The notes below the pieces were generated by a model. It did not search any database and had not been told where the DNA came from. It was given only the letters and a program-made list of their open reading frames with translations. Positions 62,301 to 64,000 of a stretch of 64,000 nucleotides of DNA are shown here, one piece after another. This DNA is from Raillietiella orientalis (lineage: Eukaryota), in the NCBI GenBank assembly GCA_036172245.1, contig JAYWIR010000009.1, positions 682,001 through 746,000 of the forward strand, written 5' to 3'. A program made the translations under genes and the position numbers. Within the stretch, counting starts at the first letter, position 1, and every line of letters starts with the position of its first letter.

Positions 62301-64000
62301 GGAACGGCAAAGACAAATGAGAGCATCCCGCCGTGCGAATTCCAAGGAGTGCTTTCTGCTTACGTTGATCGGGATCCGGCCCTCTGCTGGAAGCGTCCTT
62401 GATGTGATCGCAAGGTCGTCGCCATCGTCCTTCCAGAGCCCGCGTCCCGCGGCGCTGGCTGCTCCTTCGTCTTTTCACCTGCTTTTTCTCTTCGCCACTG
62501 CTATGCTTCTAGGGCACCCATCCACGCAGGAGCGAACTAGGTGCTTCCTCCCCTTGGCATCGTCGAAGACTGCTCTCTGGTCATCAGCCGCGGGCCTTTC
62601 TCAGAGAAACCCTGACGACGCAGAAGAATTCCTCTAGGGCGTGGTTCCGGACTCTACATCAAAGACATCCCTTGTCCCGGGGAACCGAGACTCTCCATCC
62701 GAGAAAGCAGAAGACCGGTGGAGGTGGCCACTGCGAGGCGATCAGTCCCGAACGGTGGGTGATGGGCGCAGTTCAGGGAACCTGCTCATTTGAACTCGTC
62801 ATCTGAGCGAGTGCACTGCGCACTCGACCTGAAGCGCACGGTTGCTGATAACGGTGCGACGGTGCATCCCTTGTGAACCCACAGGAAAAGAAAGACAAGG
62901 TGTACTTTTCTGGAACCTACCCCAAGGACGTTGAGGAAAAATGGACTGGCGCTCCCAAGTGGCTGCTGCCTTTCGTCCTCTTCGAGCTTGCTGTTCGCGT
63001 CCACCCATTAGCTCGCCTGTGGAAGCAGCACCCATAATGGCCGAGTGGTCGCCACAGCAATAGCAGACTGGTAGTAGCAACAATGGCAATAGCCGAGCAG
63101 CAGTACCCTTGATGGCAGGTTTGTAGTAGCAGCAACGAGGGCAACCTAATAGGGCCACATTCCGAGTTCTTCCACCCGCCAGACTCAGTGTTCCGTTCAG
63201 GATGCGCTCTTCCTTCATCTCCCTCCCTTCCCGAGCGGTGTCTCCGAGTGAGTCAAGGGCTGAAGGGGATACTGAGCAGACGGGAGAAGATAAGAGGCGT
63301 AAACGAAGACAGTCTTTCTTTTTGCCCACAGAGATTTTTCCCTACGGAGAGTTTTCTCTGAGGTCGTTTCCAGAACATTCGAAGACATATTTGCGTGCTT
63401 TCCTCTCTCGTCCTCCTGTGTTCCTCAGCAGGAAGACCGGGACGGTGATTTTCCTCCAGGTCTACGTCCACGGAAGGAGCATCCGACACGAAGGTAAGGA
63501 AAGGTTCTACATGCCTCCCGAACGGGCAGCAAACGCTAAGTGGTCTTCAGAAGATGAAGCCTTCAAAAGCGGGAAGGAACATCAATGAATGACGAAGAAT
63601 AGGTAGAATAAAGATGACATGCCGAGGAATCAACAACAAACACGTAGGATGGGTGCTCATTTCATTCTTTACAAACGGCGTCTTTCTCAGAGAAATCCAG
63701 ATGGAGCTTGACTTCTTCTAGGAACATTTTTCAAACCAAGACCCCCTTCCGAGGTACGGGGCGCCGGCAGCCAGGTTTGGTGCTCCTCTGGCAGGACAGT
63801 TCCTTACACTCGCAGGCGCTCCCTCATGAGAAAGTAGCAGCAGCACAGGCAGGGGAAGAACGCTTCGTGGACGCCCATCAGCGACCGGCGGAACCACCTC
63901 AAGCCCGGTGCGCACGCAGCACACGCGCGTCTAATACTTCCTCGGCGGAACACCGAGCACGTCCATCGGGAAGGCAAGAGTTGGGTTTCGCAACGTCATC

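Noticed and set aside
1..64000. tRNA, rRNA, snRNA or spliced-leader genes
   Set aside because: None recognised by eye; tRNAscan-SE and Infernal/Rfam would be needed to exclude divergent copies.

Overview
Eukaryotic (invertebrate, probably arthropod-like; inference) nuclear DNA with two compartments. (1) AT-rich, very compact gene islands with mostly 43-61 nt introns. They carry six recognisable genes: GLD2/TENT2 poly(A) polymerase (-), intronless SLIMP seryl-tRNA-synthetase-like protein (+), holocarboxylase synthetase HLCS (-), DDX18/pitchoune helicase (+), a NUDT18-like Nudix hydrolase (+) and PAAF1 (-). Two pairs are tail-to-tail: the SLIMP and HLCS CDSs overlap by 18 nt, and the NUDT18 and PAAF1 stops are 5 nt apart. 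(2) GC/CpG-rich blocks (about 24-32 kb and 40.7-64 kb, plus smaller patches) made of about a dozen heavily decayed non-LTR retrotransposon fragments, several with R2/NeSL/Utopia-type restriction-like endonuclease (RLE) hallmarks. These account for most long spurious ORFs. The most unusual local structures are a ~105-bp piece of HLCS copied into a DDX18 intron with a perfect 23-bp fold-back, an exact 4 x 92-bp tandem array, a ~410-bp inverted duplication flanking GLD2, and a ~550-bp inverted pair with an invariant 40-nt end. I found no CRISPR array, tRNA, rRNA or intact mobile element, and no clearly new multi-gene system. All homology calls are by-eye motif recognition, not database searches.
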